A stretch of DNA of 64,000 nucleotides, taken from positions 1-64,000 of the forward strand of contig OZ244048.1 in the NCBI GenBank assembly GCA_965215265.1. The letters are read 5' to 3'. Under the pieces are notes generated by a model. The model was not told the origin of the DNA. It was given only the letters and a program-made list of their open reading frames with translations, and searched no databases. Shown piece after piece: positions 42,718 to 52,366 of the stretch. Source of the stretch: Candidatus Poribacteria bacterium. Lineage in GTDB: Bacteria > Poribacteria > WGA-4E > WGA-3G. Within the stretch, counting starts at the first letter, position 1. Every line of letters begins with the position of its first letter. Both the position numbers and the translations under genes were made by a program.

Positions 42718-44123
42718 TGAGACACATTCCAATTTTGCGAGCGGGACGTTCCTACAGAAGTTTGAACACCGTTTGTCTTTACCATATTAAAACAGGTGAG
42801 CCCTTAGCCGAAGTCAGCCAAGCCAATCGTGGGCTCATTTCCAAAGACTTGGGCGACATGAGACTCCACAAGCAGGCACTTGGACAGCATTCTGTTGCCG
42901 AATTGCTTTCAATTTGCACAGAAGCTGCGAGGCTTTTCACAACGGCCGAACTTCCGCTTGACCAAGATGTTCAATCCCCCACGGATTATCTTCGACAGGT
43001 CTCGGGCACAACAGGGCTTCCGGAAACTCTCTGTCAACAGAATATGGATAAGATTCAGAGTGTGCTGGAGAAAATGCCAGAGGTCCTTGATGGGTTAACC
43101 CGTGGTTTAGATTTGTCTCTCCTTGATACTGGCTGGGGTGCCCAAAACGGCCGCACGCTGAGTTACGTTTGTGAAACGGATATGCTGTCAGCCGTGCTTC
43201 CGAGCAATTCTCCCGGTGTCCACTCGTTGTGGTTACCTGCCATCCCGCTAAAAGTCCCTCTCGTGCTAAAACCGGGGCGAGAGGAGCCCTGGACTCCGTA
43301 TCGGATTGCCCAAGCGTTTATCGCTGCAGGGTGTCCCGCCGCCGCATTTAGTTTCTACCCGACTGGTCACGCGGGTGTAAACGAGATCCTGTTCCGTTGT
43401 GGCAGATCTATGCTATTCGGTGGTGGTTCAACTGTTGCACCGTGGATGAACGATCCGTGCGTCGAAATCCACGGACCAGGTCGAAGCAAAATCATCATGG
43501 ATAAGGAGCAGAGTGCACACTGGAAAAACTATTTGGAACTGATTGTAGAATCAGTCGCCAAAAATGGTGGTAGATCCTGCATTAATGCCTCTGGCGTATG
43601 GGTAACGTCCCATGGGCACGACATTGCAATGGCGTTAGCAGAACGTTTAGCACAGATACAACCGAAACCGCTTGATCATCCTGAAGCACAACTCGCGGCA
43701 TGGGCGAATCCCAAAGCCGCCCACGGCATCTCATCCCTAATTGACCTGCACCTTAAAGAACCTGGGGCAACAGAATTGACAGCGAGTGACCGAGTCGTTG
43801 AGTTAGATGGCTGTACCTTCCTCAGGCCGACTGTGATATGGTGTGAGGATGCGGAGCATCCATTAGCAAATACAGAGTTTCCCTTTCCATTCGTCAGTGT
43901 TGTCGAAGTACCATCAGCGAAGTTAGTAGAATCCATTGGTGCGACACTGGTTGCCACGGCAATCACAGAAGACCCGGCACTTATTGGAGAATTGCTAGCA
44001 ACTCCGTTAATCGACCGGTTGAATCTCGGACCAATCCCGACAACACAAATTTCTTGGGATAGTCCGCACGAGGGAAATCTGTTTGCATTTCTCTATCGGC
44101 AACGGGCGTTTCAATTTGCGTAA
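42714..44123 (+). CDS. GriD/LuxC-like acyl reductase (aldehyde dehydrogenase fold)
   Basis: LPSNSPGVH, KPG, FGG, HGPGRSK in place of ELGGK, catalytic Cys in GGRSCINAS, EFPFPF. Confidence 0.8.
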   Translation: MMRHIPILRAGRSYRSLNTVCLYHIKTGEPLAEVSQANRGLISKDLGDMRLHKQALGQHSVAELLSICTEAARLFTTAELPLDQDVQSPTDYLRQVSGTTGLPETLCQQNMDKIQSVLEKMPEVLDGLTRGLDLSLLDTGWGAQNGRTLSYVCETDMLSAVLPSNSPGVHSLWLPAIPLKVPLVLKPGREEPWTPYRIAQAFIAAGCPAAAFSFYPTGHAGVNEILFRCGRSMLFGGGSTVAPWMNDPCVEIHGPGRSKIIMDKEQSAHWKNYLELIVESVAKNGGRSCINASGVWVTSHGHDIAMALAERLAQIQPKPLDHPEAQLAAWANPKAAHGISSLIDLHLKEPGATELTASDRVVELDGCTFLRPTVIWCEDAEHPLANTEFPFPFVSVVEVPSAKLVESIGATLVATAITEDPALIGELLATPLIDRLNLGPIPTTQISWDSPHEGNLFAFLYRQRAFQFA

Positions 44124-44153
44124 TAACTTCAAAGAATCGGAAAGGAGCATTAT

Positions 44154-45218
44154 ATGAAAAAAATAGAAGAAAAAGAAAGTCGTTGGCACGGTCGAGACTC
44201 CACACTGTGGATAGGATCTATCGGCGAACTCCGTCAGTTAATTCCTTATTTTAAAATTTTGGATTTTCGTATAGGTCAAGGAATAAATAGATACTTAGAC
44301 CTCATAGTGAGGGAACCCCTAGGTGAAGCCGATCTTGGGAATGAAACTAATTCTATGAACAGCGTCCGCATACCAGTTGCTGCAGTTAGAAAGCCATATA
44401 AAGTTTCTCTACTCCGGAATTGGAAACACGAAGACGTTTCTCAAGGCTATAAACTCGTTCAACACCATGAGATTCTTGAGAGCGTATTGGGAACATTAAA
44501 GGTGTTCAGCCAACAAAGCAAAACGGATTCCAAAGTTCGTATCTTACCAATTACGGATCCCGATTCTCTTGAAGCAAGCCTTCGGATATCCGAATATGGT
44601 GCCCGCATGCGAATTGAGTTTCGCGTGCCCAACTACAAATTTTATCACAACGAAAATCCGTTTGTCCTCAAAGTGATTTGTCTCAATTCGGTAGATAAAA
44701 GCATAGCTTTGAGAATTGGTTTGTCTTTGGTTGGGAACAGCGAAATTTTTATGGCCGGATTCAGGCGCAACCACGATCAAGCACTTAAAGATGGGGCGAT
44801 CGAAGTGTTCTTGTCTAGAGAATTTAACCAATTCGTAAACGGGGCATGGATCAGGAAAACCGTTTCTGAGAAAGAGATTGAAGTTTTAATTAAGAAGGTT
44901 AATCTTGATCTTGATATCCAAGAAGTAAAAGATCTGTATAAAAAACTTTTGGAAGCACTTGATAAAGTAGAAACTCACGTCCAGCACGAGGCAGGCAAAC
45001 TCCGCGAGGCAGGCAAACTCCGCGAGGCAGGCAAACTCCGCGAGGCAGACAAATTTAATTTCCTTGTATTAATGCACATGTTAAGTAACCGCTTGGTTGC
45101 TGAGCAGGAAACACTACACTTGCAAGAGCAAAAGATGGCAAAGACGTTAGATTTGTTAGTGGAGTATCAGAAGCGAGCTGACAGAGGCAGGCAAACTGCA
45201 CGAGGCAGACGAATTTAA
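44154..45218 (+). CDS. DUF932/DUF945-like protein with an EAGKLR tandem repeat
   Basis: YKLVQH.E, SEYGARM, CLNSVDKS motifs; AT-rich. Confidence 0.55.
   Translation: MKKIEEKESRWHGRDSTLWIGSIGELRQLIPYFKILDFRIGQGINRYLDLIVREPLGEADLGNETNSMNSVRIPVAAVRKPYKVSLLRNWKHEDVSQGYKLVQHHEILESVLGTLKVFSQQSKTDSKVRILPITDPDSLEASLRISEYGARMRIEFRVPNYKFYHNENPFVLKVICLNSVDKSIALRIGLSLVGNSEIFMAGFRRNHDQALKDGAIEVFLSREFNQFVNGAWIRKTVSEKEIEVLIKKVNLDLDIQEVKDLYKKLLEALDKVETHVQHEAGKLREAGKLREAGKLREADKFNFLVLMHMLSNRLVAEQETLHLQEQKMAKTLDLLVEYQKRADRGRQTARGRRI
44987..45053 (+). repeat. 18 bp tandem repeat, 3 full copies plus one partial
   Basis: CGAGGCAGGCAAACTCCG at 44987, 45005 and 45023, partial at 45041; encodes EAGKLR. Confidence 0.95.
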
Positions 45219-45340
45219 TTTCCTTGTATTAAGGCGCATGTTAAGTAGCCTCGTTGCTGAGCAGGAAACACTACACTTGCAAGAGCAAGAGATGGCAAAG
45301 ACGTTAGATCTGTTAGTGGAGTGTCAGAAGCGAGCTGACA
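45024..45340 (+). repeat. Imperfect ~160 bp tandem duplication
   Basis: 45024-45183 repeated at 45184-45340, with a 3 bp indel and about ten substitutions. Confidence 0.92.
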
Positions 45341-45342
45341 AA

Positions 45343-45486
45343 CGAACTTCTGCTTGACCGGGACGTTCGATCCTCGGCGGATTATCTCCGACAGGTCTCG
45401 GGCACAACAGGGCTTCCGGAAACCCTCTGTCAACAGAACATGGATAAGATTCAGAGCCCGACCGGTCACGTAGGTGTAAACGAAAT
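45343..45486 (+). pseudogene. Diverged partial copy of the GriD-like gene
   Basis: 45343-45456 matches 42947-43060 (about 11 mismatches in 114 bp), joined directly to a match of 43358-43387. Confidence 0.85.
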
Positions 45487-46040
45487 TCAGAATGGCAAAA
45501 GTGGCTGGGAAAAGTTTAGCTTTTTTTTCAAAAAGCGATTTTTTTAACGGCCTTTTTTAGCGTCTCCCGCCCCCTATATCCCTCTGCAAGCGAGGTCATA
45601 ATTCGGGTTCGGTTTATCCAATTATTTTTTCTTCATGAAGGAGCAAAATTTTTTATCTATACGTTTTGCCAAATCTGCTATAATAATGGCGTTTACCCTA
45701 TGAGATTGCGAACTTCAGAGAGGTTTTTGCTAATTTTCGCATCATTATTTCGTTAAAACCGTAAAAAAACAAAGAGTTGCATAATATTACAGAATCTGAT
45801 AAACTAAAAAAGTGTAGTACTTACACAGAGTCCATTGTTGTTGGCACAAAGCGTTTAAACAACAAACTATAGTTTCACCTGATTGGGATTTATGCAGCTT
45901 ACTTACGTAGTTTCCAAGATGGTGCAATAAATTGTGCGACGACGAAAAAGTAGGTTTGCAGTTGGGAAACCATTTATCGCCCTTGTACAAACCTTGAAAT
46001 GTTTATTTTAATTAAATTTCTGCTTAAAGGAGAGCAAAAT

Positions 46041-46820
46041 ATGATGAACTTAAAATTAGGAAGCTTGCTATTATTATTCCTTCTGGTCGCTTTGGTTGGC
46101 TGTGATTCAGCGCGAGACGCTGTATTGGACACGACACAGTCATCAAATCCGGTCATTGGGGATGCCACAGCTGACGTAGAAGCATCACCTATAAAACTTC
46201 TGTGGCTTATCAACTATCCGCGCGGCGGAAAAGATGCATACCTAGAATGGGTTGCATCCGTCTCCCCGACGCTTGCCGCACCCGCAGAGTTAAAACGCAT
46301 CGCCTCTTACGATAACTATTATGGCGAAAATCCGCATCGACTTGTTGAATTTGAATTTGGCAGTTTTGTTGATGCCATGACCTACTTAAATAGGCCCGAC
46401 ATTGCAGCGGTTCTTGAAGCACTACCTGACTACAGCAGTGAATCAAGAACATACACGTTCATTCAACGGTCAGATTACTCAAAAGTATTGGATACCAACC
46501 GAGCAATCAAATCGATTTACCTAATTGACTATCCCCTGGGAGGCAAAGACGAGTATTTGACGTGGGTTGAGACTAAGGCACTCGCACTTATAGCGCCCGA
46601 CGAACTCAAACGCATCGCCTCTTATGATAATTATTATGGCGAATCACCGCATAGGCTCGTTGAACTTGAGTTTGATAGCATGGAAGAAGCGAACCGTTAT
46701 CAAATTTTAGAGGGGCCACGGGGCGTTAGTGCAGAACTTCCAAATCAAGCAGGCAGAGTAACGATGCATGTATTTGAACTACGTGGAGATTACGTCAATT
46801 TGAATCAATCTGTTGAGTGA
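46041..46820 (+). CDS. Lipoprotein with two tandem EthD-like (dimeric alpha/beta barrel) domains
   Basis: LVG-C lipobox; two copies of YP.GGKD.YL.WV...LKRIASYDNYYGE.PHRLVE.EF. Confidence 0.75.
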   Translation: MMNLKLGSLLLLFLLVALVGCDSARDAVLDTTQSSNPVIGDATADVEASPIKLLWLINYPRGGKDAYLEWVASVSPTLAAPAELKRIASYDNYYGENPHRLVEFEFGSFVDAMTYLNRPDIAAVLEALPDYSSESRTYTFIQRSDYSKVLDTNRAIKSIYLIDYPLGGKDEYLTWVETKALALIAPDELKRIASYDNYYGESPHRLVELEFDSMEEANRYQILEGPRGVSAELPNQAGRVTMHVFELRGDYVNLNQSVE

Positions 46821-47344
46821 GAAACAGAAGGACGAATATCACTGTTAGTGATGTCGTACGGCACGGTTATTTCGCCGCTGCGTTCGGTGATTTAGCGTTG
46901 AACTCTATTGTTAAAGCCGGGGATGTGATTGAAATTCAGGTTGTGGATACAGCAGGGAATCTCATCACGAAGCCGTTAGCGTACACAGTAACATCCGATA
47001 TGCTCAAAACCGCGTTCATCTCTGTCGTGCTTGAAGCGAACCCGCTACCGAAGACGATTGTACTCCTCCAGAATTATCCGAATCCGTTCAATCCAGAGAC
47101 GTGGATTCCCTACCAACTCAGTGAAGCGGCCTCCGTTATGATCACTATCTATGATGTGACAGGCAAGCAGGTCCGCTCACTGGACCTCGGACATCAAGGT
47201 GCAGGATTCTATATGAGTCGTTCCCAAGCGGCCTATTGGGATGGACGAAACGCTGTGAATGAACCTGTCGCTTCCGGTATCTATTTCTATCAGATTGAAG
47301 CAGGGACGTTCTCGGCAACGCGCCGCATGTTGATTCTGAAGTAG
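46817..47344 (+). CDS. Orphan FlgD-Ig / secretion C-terminal sorting-like domain (likely a gene fragment)
   Basis: LLQNYPNPFNPETWIPYQL...YWDGRN...VASGIYFY...RRMLILK; no signal peptide. Confidence 0.75.
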   Translation: MRNRRTNITVSDVVRHGYFAAAFGDLALNSIVKAGDVIEIQVVDTAGNLITKPLAYTVTSDMLKTAFISVVLEANPLPKTIVLLQNYPNPFNPETWIPYQLSEAASVMITIYDVTGKQVRSLDLGHQGAGFYMSRSQAAYWDGRNAVNEPVASGIYFYQIEAGTFSATRRMLILK

Positions 47345-47366
47345 TGCGCGAATCAAGAAAACCGAT

Positions 47367-47398
47367 GCAAAGACGCAGAAACAGGTCTGCGTCTTTGC
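47367..47398 (+). terminator. Hairpin terminator
   Basis: GCAAAGACGCAGA-aacagg-TCTGCGTCTTTGC 13 bp perfect stem. Confidence 0.7.
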
Positions 47399-47554
47399 CT
47401 TATGTTATCCTTGAATTTAGAGAAAGGAGTGTAGTATACTAACGTCATGGTGATAAAGAGAGGAAGCAGTGTACGAACCGATAAACAGAAAAGGATTTTT
47501 GCCCGTGCTCTATGTGTTGAATGCCGTTTGATTATTCACAATAAGGAATAGACA

Positions 47555-48733
47555 GTGAATTCATATCTATCATACAAATTACAGTATAGACAAAACAGAA
47601 AGACCTTTTTTCTGCTGATAGGGTTGGTTTTAATTCTGTTTTCACAGTGTGTGAGCCTTTATTCAGCTTCAAGCGATTGGACAGGTTTTCGGGGTAACCC
47701 ACAGCTCACTGGTGCTGCAGCAACCGAACTCCCGGATGCATTAGAACTTCTCTGGACGTTTCAAGCTGCAGATATGATTGAGGGAACTGCAGCAGTCGTT
47801 AAGGGCATTGTGTACGTCGGGGCGTTAGACGGTTATCTCTATGCAATTGACGCGAGAAACGGCGAACTGCAATGGAAGTATCAAGCCGGTGAGAGCGATT
47901 CTCCAGTTTCAATAAAGGCATCCCCTGCTGTTTATAACGGAGTCATCTATGTCGGGGATGGCGAAGGAGTCTTTCATGCTATAGAGGTGAACGCCGGAAA
48001 ACAGAAGTGGAAGTTCCAATCGGACGGGGAAATTTTCTCCTCGGCAAACTTCGGTGGAGCTAACGTTCTATTCGGTTCCTACGACGGCTTCCTCTATTGT
48101 CTCAATAGAGAGAGTGGTGCCTTAGTTTGGAAATTTGAAACCGAAGGCTACATTCACGGTACACCGGCGATTTTCGGGAATTCTGTGGTTATCACAGGAT
48201 GCGATAGTTATCTCCGCGTCATCAATATTGGTGATGGCAGTCAGACACAACAGGTTTACCTCGGTGCGTATGTCGGGGCAAGTCCCGCGATTTTAGAAAA
48301 CCGGGCTTACGCAGGGACGTACGGTACCGAAGTGCTGGGTGTAGAATTAGGGACAGGCAATATTGCGTGGCGGTATCAACATCCGAAGCGCAGATTTCCG
48401 TTTTTTGCCTCTGCGGCTGTAACCGAAGACGTTGTTATCATTGGGGGGCGCGATAAGATGCTACATGCACTCTCGCCAGATACTGGGGCCCCGCAATGGA
48501 TTTACACCGCTAAATCGCGTATTGAGTCCTCCGCGGTCATTGTCGGCAAACGTGTCTTCTTTGGTACAACCCGTGGCGTTTTGATTGCCTTAGATATATC
48601 GAACGGAGAGCCGGTATGGGAATTCGAAACCGGTTCAGCGATTGTCGCCTCGCCGAGTGTCGCCGACGGTCAGCTGTATATCGGCACAGAGTCAGGTACC
48701 CTATACTGCTTTGGAGAAAAAAATAATCCGTGA
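47555..48733 (+). CDS. Exported PQQ-binding-like (BamB-type) beta-propeller protein
   Basis: Signal peptide, DWTGFRGNPQLTG, about eight G...W.F.T...I.SSP blades. Confidence 0.9.
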   Translation: MNSYLSYKLQYRQNRKTFFLLIGLVLILFSQCVSLYSASSDWTGFRGNPQLTGAAATELPDALELLWTFQAADMIEGTAAVVKGIVYVGALDGYLYAIDARNGELQWKYQAGESDSPVSIKASPAVYNGVIYVGDGEGVFHAIEVNAGKQKWKFQSDGEIFSSANFGGANVLFGSYDGFLYCLNRESGALVWKFETEGYIHGTPAIFGNSVVITGCDSYLRVINIGDGSQTQQVYLGAYVGASPAILENRAYAGTYGTEVLGVELGTGNIAWRYQHPKRRFPFFASAAVTEDVVIIGGRDKMLHALSPDTGAPQWIYTAKSRIESSAVIVGKRVFFGTTRGVLIALDISNGEPVWEFETGSAIVASPSVADGQLYIGTESGTLYCFGEKNNP

Positions 48734-48785
48734 TGCCGCGTACTACTCGGCACAGTAACAACGGTATAATGTTCCATGAGAGATT

Positions 48786-49052
48786 TTAATAGCTCTTAAT
48801 CACCGCCCAACTTGTGGCTAACTTCCCTTGCGGGTTGACCCCGAGTGCCGCTTGTAAGCCGTTTTCTCAAATGGCGTTAATCTGATCGCCACTCAAATCC
48901 ACATTAAAGATAGCGACTTCATCGAAAATACCGAACATAAATTCGTGGTCGTGGTGGGCCAGAAAGTCACCCATTGTAACCTCCTGCTCCTTCGGATTCG
49001 TGTCCATTGCTTGATCGGTGCCTTGCTTTGATCGAAGTTTACTATACAGCAT
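48786..49052 (-). pseudogene. C-terminal remnant of a LamG-like protein with a KLATxW tail
   Basis: GIFDEVAIFNVDLSGDQINAI, in-frame TGA at 48869-48867, then ENGLQAALGVNPQGKLATSWAVIKSY and stop. Confidence 0.65.
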
Positions 49053-49124
49053 GCATTCAGGCGAAAAATCATATTTTAGAAGAACTTAAAGTCAAATTTA
49101 TTTTTAAGTTATGCCAATTTTACC

Positions 49125-49153
49125 TTGAAATCTTGATTCTCAGCGTGTATAAT
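49125..49153 (+). promoter_or_regulatory. sigma70 promoter upstream of the radical SAM gene block
   Basis: TTGAAA, 17 bp spacer, TATAAT. Confidence 0.6.
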
Positions 49154-49649
49154 TTTGTAAGTGCGTGGTAACTCATGTCAAATAAATTAAATAGGATTGT
49201 TTTTCCACAAAGGTAGAAAAGGAATGTTCTTTAAGAAGATTGCCATGAATTTGAATTTTGTCAGGGAGGCATAGATGCGAAAACATTCCTACCTATTTGG
49301 CTTAATTCTCACAATTTTCCTCACAATAGCAGGTATTCTTCCGATATTAGACGCGCAGCTGAAAATCTACCTTAGGAACCCTACAGACCAATTCGATAAG
49401 AGTCGCTTGATGGGAATTGAGTGTAAAAGAGCCTGCTGTTTCTCAGGATTACCATCTTAGTTACAGTGTGATTCACAGTGAAAATGCGATTGAAATTACA
49501 GTTTTCTACTATTCGTGGTTCGACCATGCTAATCTGAACAAAGCGGTTGATCTTGCCCTGCAGCGAACTCACTGAATGCAAAATTATGGGGGTAGGGCAC
49601 GTGGTTGAAAAGCTAAGGAACATATTGAGTTGCTTGAATGGAGAGAGTG

Positions 49650-50984
49650 ATGTCTCAAACACAGCCTGAGCCTGCAACAGCAGGTATAGATTCAAAACAA
49701 ACAACCGTCGGGAGCGTTTTCGTTTCCAATTACCCGCCCTATTCTGTATGGGGTGAATCAGCTATTCCAGATGTGAGGCGCGCCTTGGCAGAACCGCCAC
49801 GGCTGGATACCCCCCTTGGACTGTATCTACATGTTCCGTTCTGTCGCAAACGGTGCAAGTTCTGCTATTTTCGTGTCTATACAGATAAGAACAGTTCGGA
49901 GATTGATACGTATCTGAACGCGCTCGCGAAAGAGATTGAGATTTACAGTGCCAAGCCAGCAATTGCAGGTAGAACGCTGAAATTCGTCTATTTCGGGGGT
50001 GGTACCCCATCTTATATTAGCGTTAACCACCTCAAGACGCTGGTAGAGCGAGTCAAACGCGCGATGCCGTGGGATGATGCGGAAGAGATCGCTTTTGAGT
50101 GTGAACCTGGCACATTGACAAAAAAGAAATTAGAGGCGATCAGAGCCATTGGCGTAACCCGATTAAGCCTGGGTGTTGAGAATTTGAACGACGACATCCT
50201 TGCCGAAAACGGTAGGGCGCACCTCTCCAAAGAGGTCTACCGTATCGCGCCGTGGATACAGGCGTTAGGGTTCGCGCAAGTCAATATAGATCTCATCGCC
50301 GGCATGGTAGGCGAAACCTGGGAGAGCTGGCGGGAAACGGTGGAAAAGACGATAGAACTCGACCCGGATAGCATTACTATCTATCAGATGGAACTCCCGT
50401 TTAATACCGTCTACTCCAAGGATATTCTGGGCGGAGACGCGCTACCGGTAGCAGATTGGAAGTTGAAGCGTGAATGGCACCAGTACGCGAATGAGCAGTT
50501 TGCAAAGATAGGATATCGCCGCTCTAGTGCATATACTATGGTTAAGAAGCAGAAGCCTGCACAATTTGTCTATCGCGATGCAGTGTGGCAAGGGAGTGAT
50601 ATGCTGGGCACCGGGGTTGCCTCATTCTCACATTTAAGCGGAATTCATTTCCAGAACGCGCCGTCATGGGGAGACTATCTCGGACAGCTGGAGCAAAATC
50701 AGTTACCCTTACACCGCGCACTAGCCCCAGCGAACACCGAACAGTTGACGCGCGAGATGATACTTCAACTCAAGCTAGGAGAAATTAAAACCTCCTATTT
50801 TAGAGAGAAATTTAACGCTGATATTCTCACGTTGTTCGCTGATGCATACGAGAAACTGCAGAATGACGGTATGCTGACGTTCACTGAAGATGAAATTCAA
50901 TTAAGCGAACGCGGCCTGCTCCAGGTCGATAGTTTACTCCCTGCCTTTTATGCCCCTGAGTATCAGAATAGACGCTATACTTAA
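49650..50984 (+). CDS. HemN-like (class C) radical SAM enzyme
   Basis: LYLHVPFCRKRCKFC, YFGGGTPS, RLSLGV, NIDLIAG, HemN-type C-terminal domain. Confidence 0.9.
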   Translation: MSQTQPEPATAGIDSKQTTVGSVFVSNYPPYSVWGESAIPDVRRALAEPPRLDTPLGLYLHVPFCRKRCKFCYFRVYTDKNSSEIDTYLNALAKEIEIYSAKPAIAGRTLKFVYFGGGTPSYISVNHLKTLVERVKRAMPWDDAEEIAFECEPGTLTKKKLEAIRAIGVTRLSLGVENLNDDILAENGRAHLSKEVYRIAPWIQALGFAQVNIDLIAGMVGETWESWRETVEKTIELDPDSITIYQMELPFNTVYSKDILGGDALPVADWKLKREWHQYANEQFAKIGYRRSSAYTMVKKQKPAQFVYRDAVWQGSDMLGTGVASFSHLSGIHFQNAPSWGDYLGQLEQNQLPLHRALAPANTEQLTREMILQLKLGEIKTSYFREKFNADILTLFADAYEKLQNDGMLTFTEDEIQLSERGLLQVDSLLPAFYAPEYQNRRYT

Positions 50985-51069
50985 GCCGAATCAGGATGCT
51001 GCTCTAGTGATAGAAGAGCGAGTAAATCGGACTATCAACCAGATATACCTTAAAAGCCTCATAATAAAA

Positions 51070-52314
51070 ATGGATACAAAAATACAGTTACGTCGCCTTC
51101 GCTGCATGCTCGCCCCGGTATTAGAGACGAATGCATTTTATAAACAGAAACTCATGGCATCCGGAGTTTCCCATCCAAACGATGTCCAAACATTAGAGGA
51201 TTACCAACGTTTACCCTTTACCACTAAGGAAGAGTTTAGTGCGGACCAGGTGGCACATCCCCCTTACGGCACCAACCTCACCTATCCATTGGAGAAGTAT
51301 ACGTGCCTTCATCAAACTTCTGGCACAACGGGAGAACCGATGCGGTGGTTAGATACAGCAGAGTCGTGGTATTGGTGGGGGAAATGTTGGCGGGAAATCT
51401 ACCGGGATGCAGGCGTGACAGCCGTTGACCGGCTGATGATCGCTTTTACGTTCGGTCCGTTTATCGGTTTCTGGAGTGCTTATCATGGTGCCCAACAGCT
51501 AGGTGCGTTGACAATTCCGAATGGCGGAATGACTTCTGATCAGCGTATACGTGCTATCCTCTACAACGATGTCACTGTGCTGCTTTCCACGCCGACATAC
51601 GCGCTGCGGCTCGCCGAAGCTGCCGAAAAAGCGGGGATTAACCTAGCACGTGAGGCGAGTGTTAACGTTACCATTCACGCTGGCGAACCGGGTGCGAGTT
51701 TATCTTCTACAAAACAGCGCATCGAAAGGCTGTGGGGTGCACGCACTTACGACCATGCCGGGGCGACAGAGGTCGGTGCATGGGGAATTATGTGCCTCCG
51801 ACAGGCAGGAATGCATCTCAATGAAGAGGAGTTCATCTGTGAAATCATTGACCCGGCCACTGGCAAACCTGCTGACGAAGGTGAACTTGTCATCACGAAT
51901 CTTGGGCGCGTCGGTATGCCGGTCATACGATACCGCACGGGTGATTACGTCAAACTAAAAGCGTCGCCATGCGAATGTGGTAAGCAGAGCCGGGTGCTTG
52001 ATGGCGGTGTCAAAGGTAGAATAGACTCCCTCCTCATCATTCGCGGTCTGAACCTTTATCCTACCACGATTGAAAACATCATTTTCCAATTCCCTGACGT
52101 GCTTGAATTTTCCGTGCAGGTTTATCGTGCCGGCACGCTTGATGAACTTGAAATTCAGATTGAATCTAAAAGTCATACGCCTGAACACACGGCAACGGCA
52201 GTAGCCGCTAAGATTCGAGACGTTTTAGGACTGCGCACCATTGTAAAAGCTGTACCAGTCGGTACATTTCCACGAGCGAGTCTCAAAGCGAATAGATTTT
52301 CAGATACACGTTAG
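51070..52314 (+). CDS. Phenylacetate-CoA ligase (PaaK)-like adenylating enzyme
   Basis: LPFTTK, TSGTTGEP, AGEPG, DHAGATE, RYRTGD, GRID. Confidence 0.88.
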   Translation: MDTKIQLRRLRCMLAPVLETNAFYKQKLMASGVSHPNDVQTLEDYQRLPFTTKEEFSADQVAHPPYGTNLTYPLEKYTCLHQTSGTTGEPMRWLDTAESWYWWGKCWREIYRDAGVTAVDRLMIAFTFGPFIGFWSAYHGAQQLGALTIPNGGMTSDQRIRAILYNDVTVLLSTPTYALRLAEAAEKAGINLAREASVNVTIHAGEPGASLSSTKQRIERLWGARTYDHAGATEVGAWGIMCLRQAGMHLNEEEFICEIIDPATGKPADEGELVITNLGRVGMPVIRYRTGDYVKLKASPCECGKQSRVLDGGVKGRIDSLLIIRGLNLYPTTIENIIFQFPDVLEFSVQVYRAGTLDELEIQIESKSHTPEHTATAVAAKIRDVLGLRTIVKAVPVGTFPRASLKANRFSDTR

Positions 52315-52328
52315 GTCCCTGATTTTGC

Positions 52329-52357
52329 TTGACGTTTAACACTCTGGTAGTTATAAT
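52329..52357 (+). promoter_or_regulatory. Promoter directly upstream of the halogenase gene (near-leaderless mRNA)
   Basis: TTGACG, 17 bp spacer, TATAAT; 9 nt before ATG 52367; no SD sequence. Confidence 0.7.
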
Positions 52358-52366
52358 TTTAAATAA

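Noticed and set aside
45024-45486. DGR template/variable repeat pair
   Set aside because: Several A-to-G differences exist, but T/C, C/T and indel changes also occur, and no reverse transcriptase is in the window.
48867-48869. Selenocysteine or recoded TGA (also at 55009-55011)
   Set aside because: Both TGAs lie in truncated gene relics at non-catalytic positions with no visible SECIS, and TGA is a normal stop in intact genes here.
49275-49620. Small ORF as a RiPP precursor for the radical SAM enzyme
   Set aside because: It looks like a signal-peptide-bearing gene fragment, and the enzyme has no RRE or SPASM domain.
49650-50984. Calling this gene hemN or hemW
   Set aside because: No heme pathway context and a divergent N-terminal motif (FVSNYPPYS), so it is left as HemN-like.
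51070-52314. Calling this gene paaK of phenylacetate catabolism
   Set aside because: No other paa genes are nearby, and family membership does not fix the substrate.
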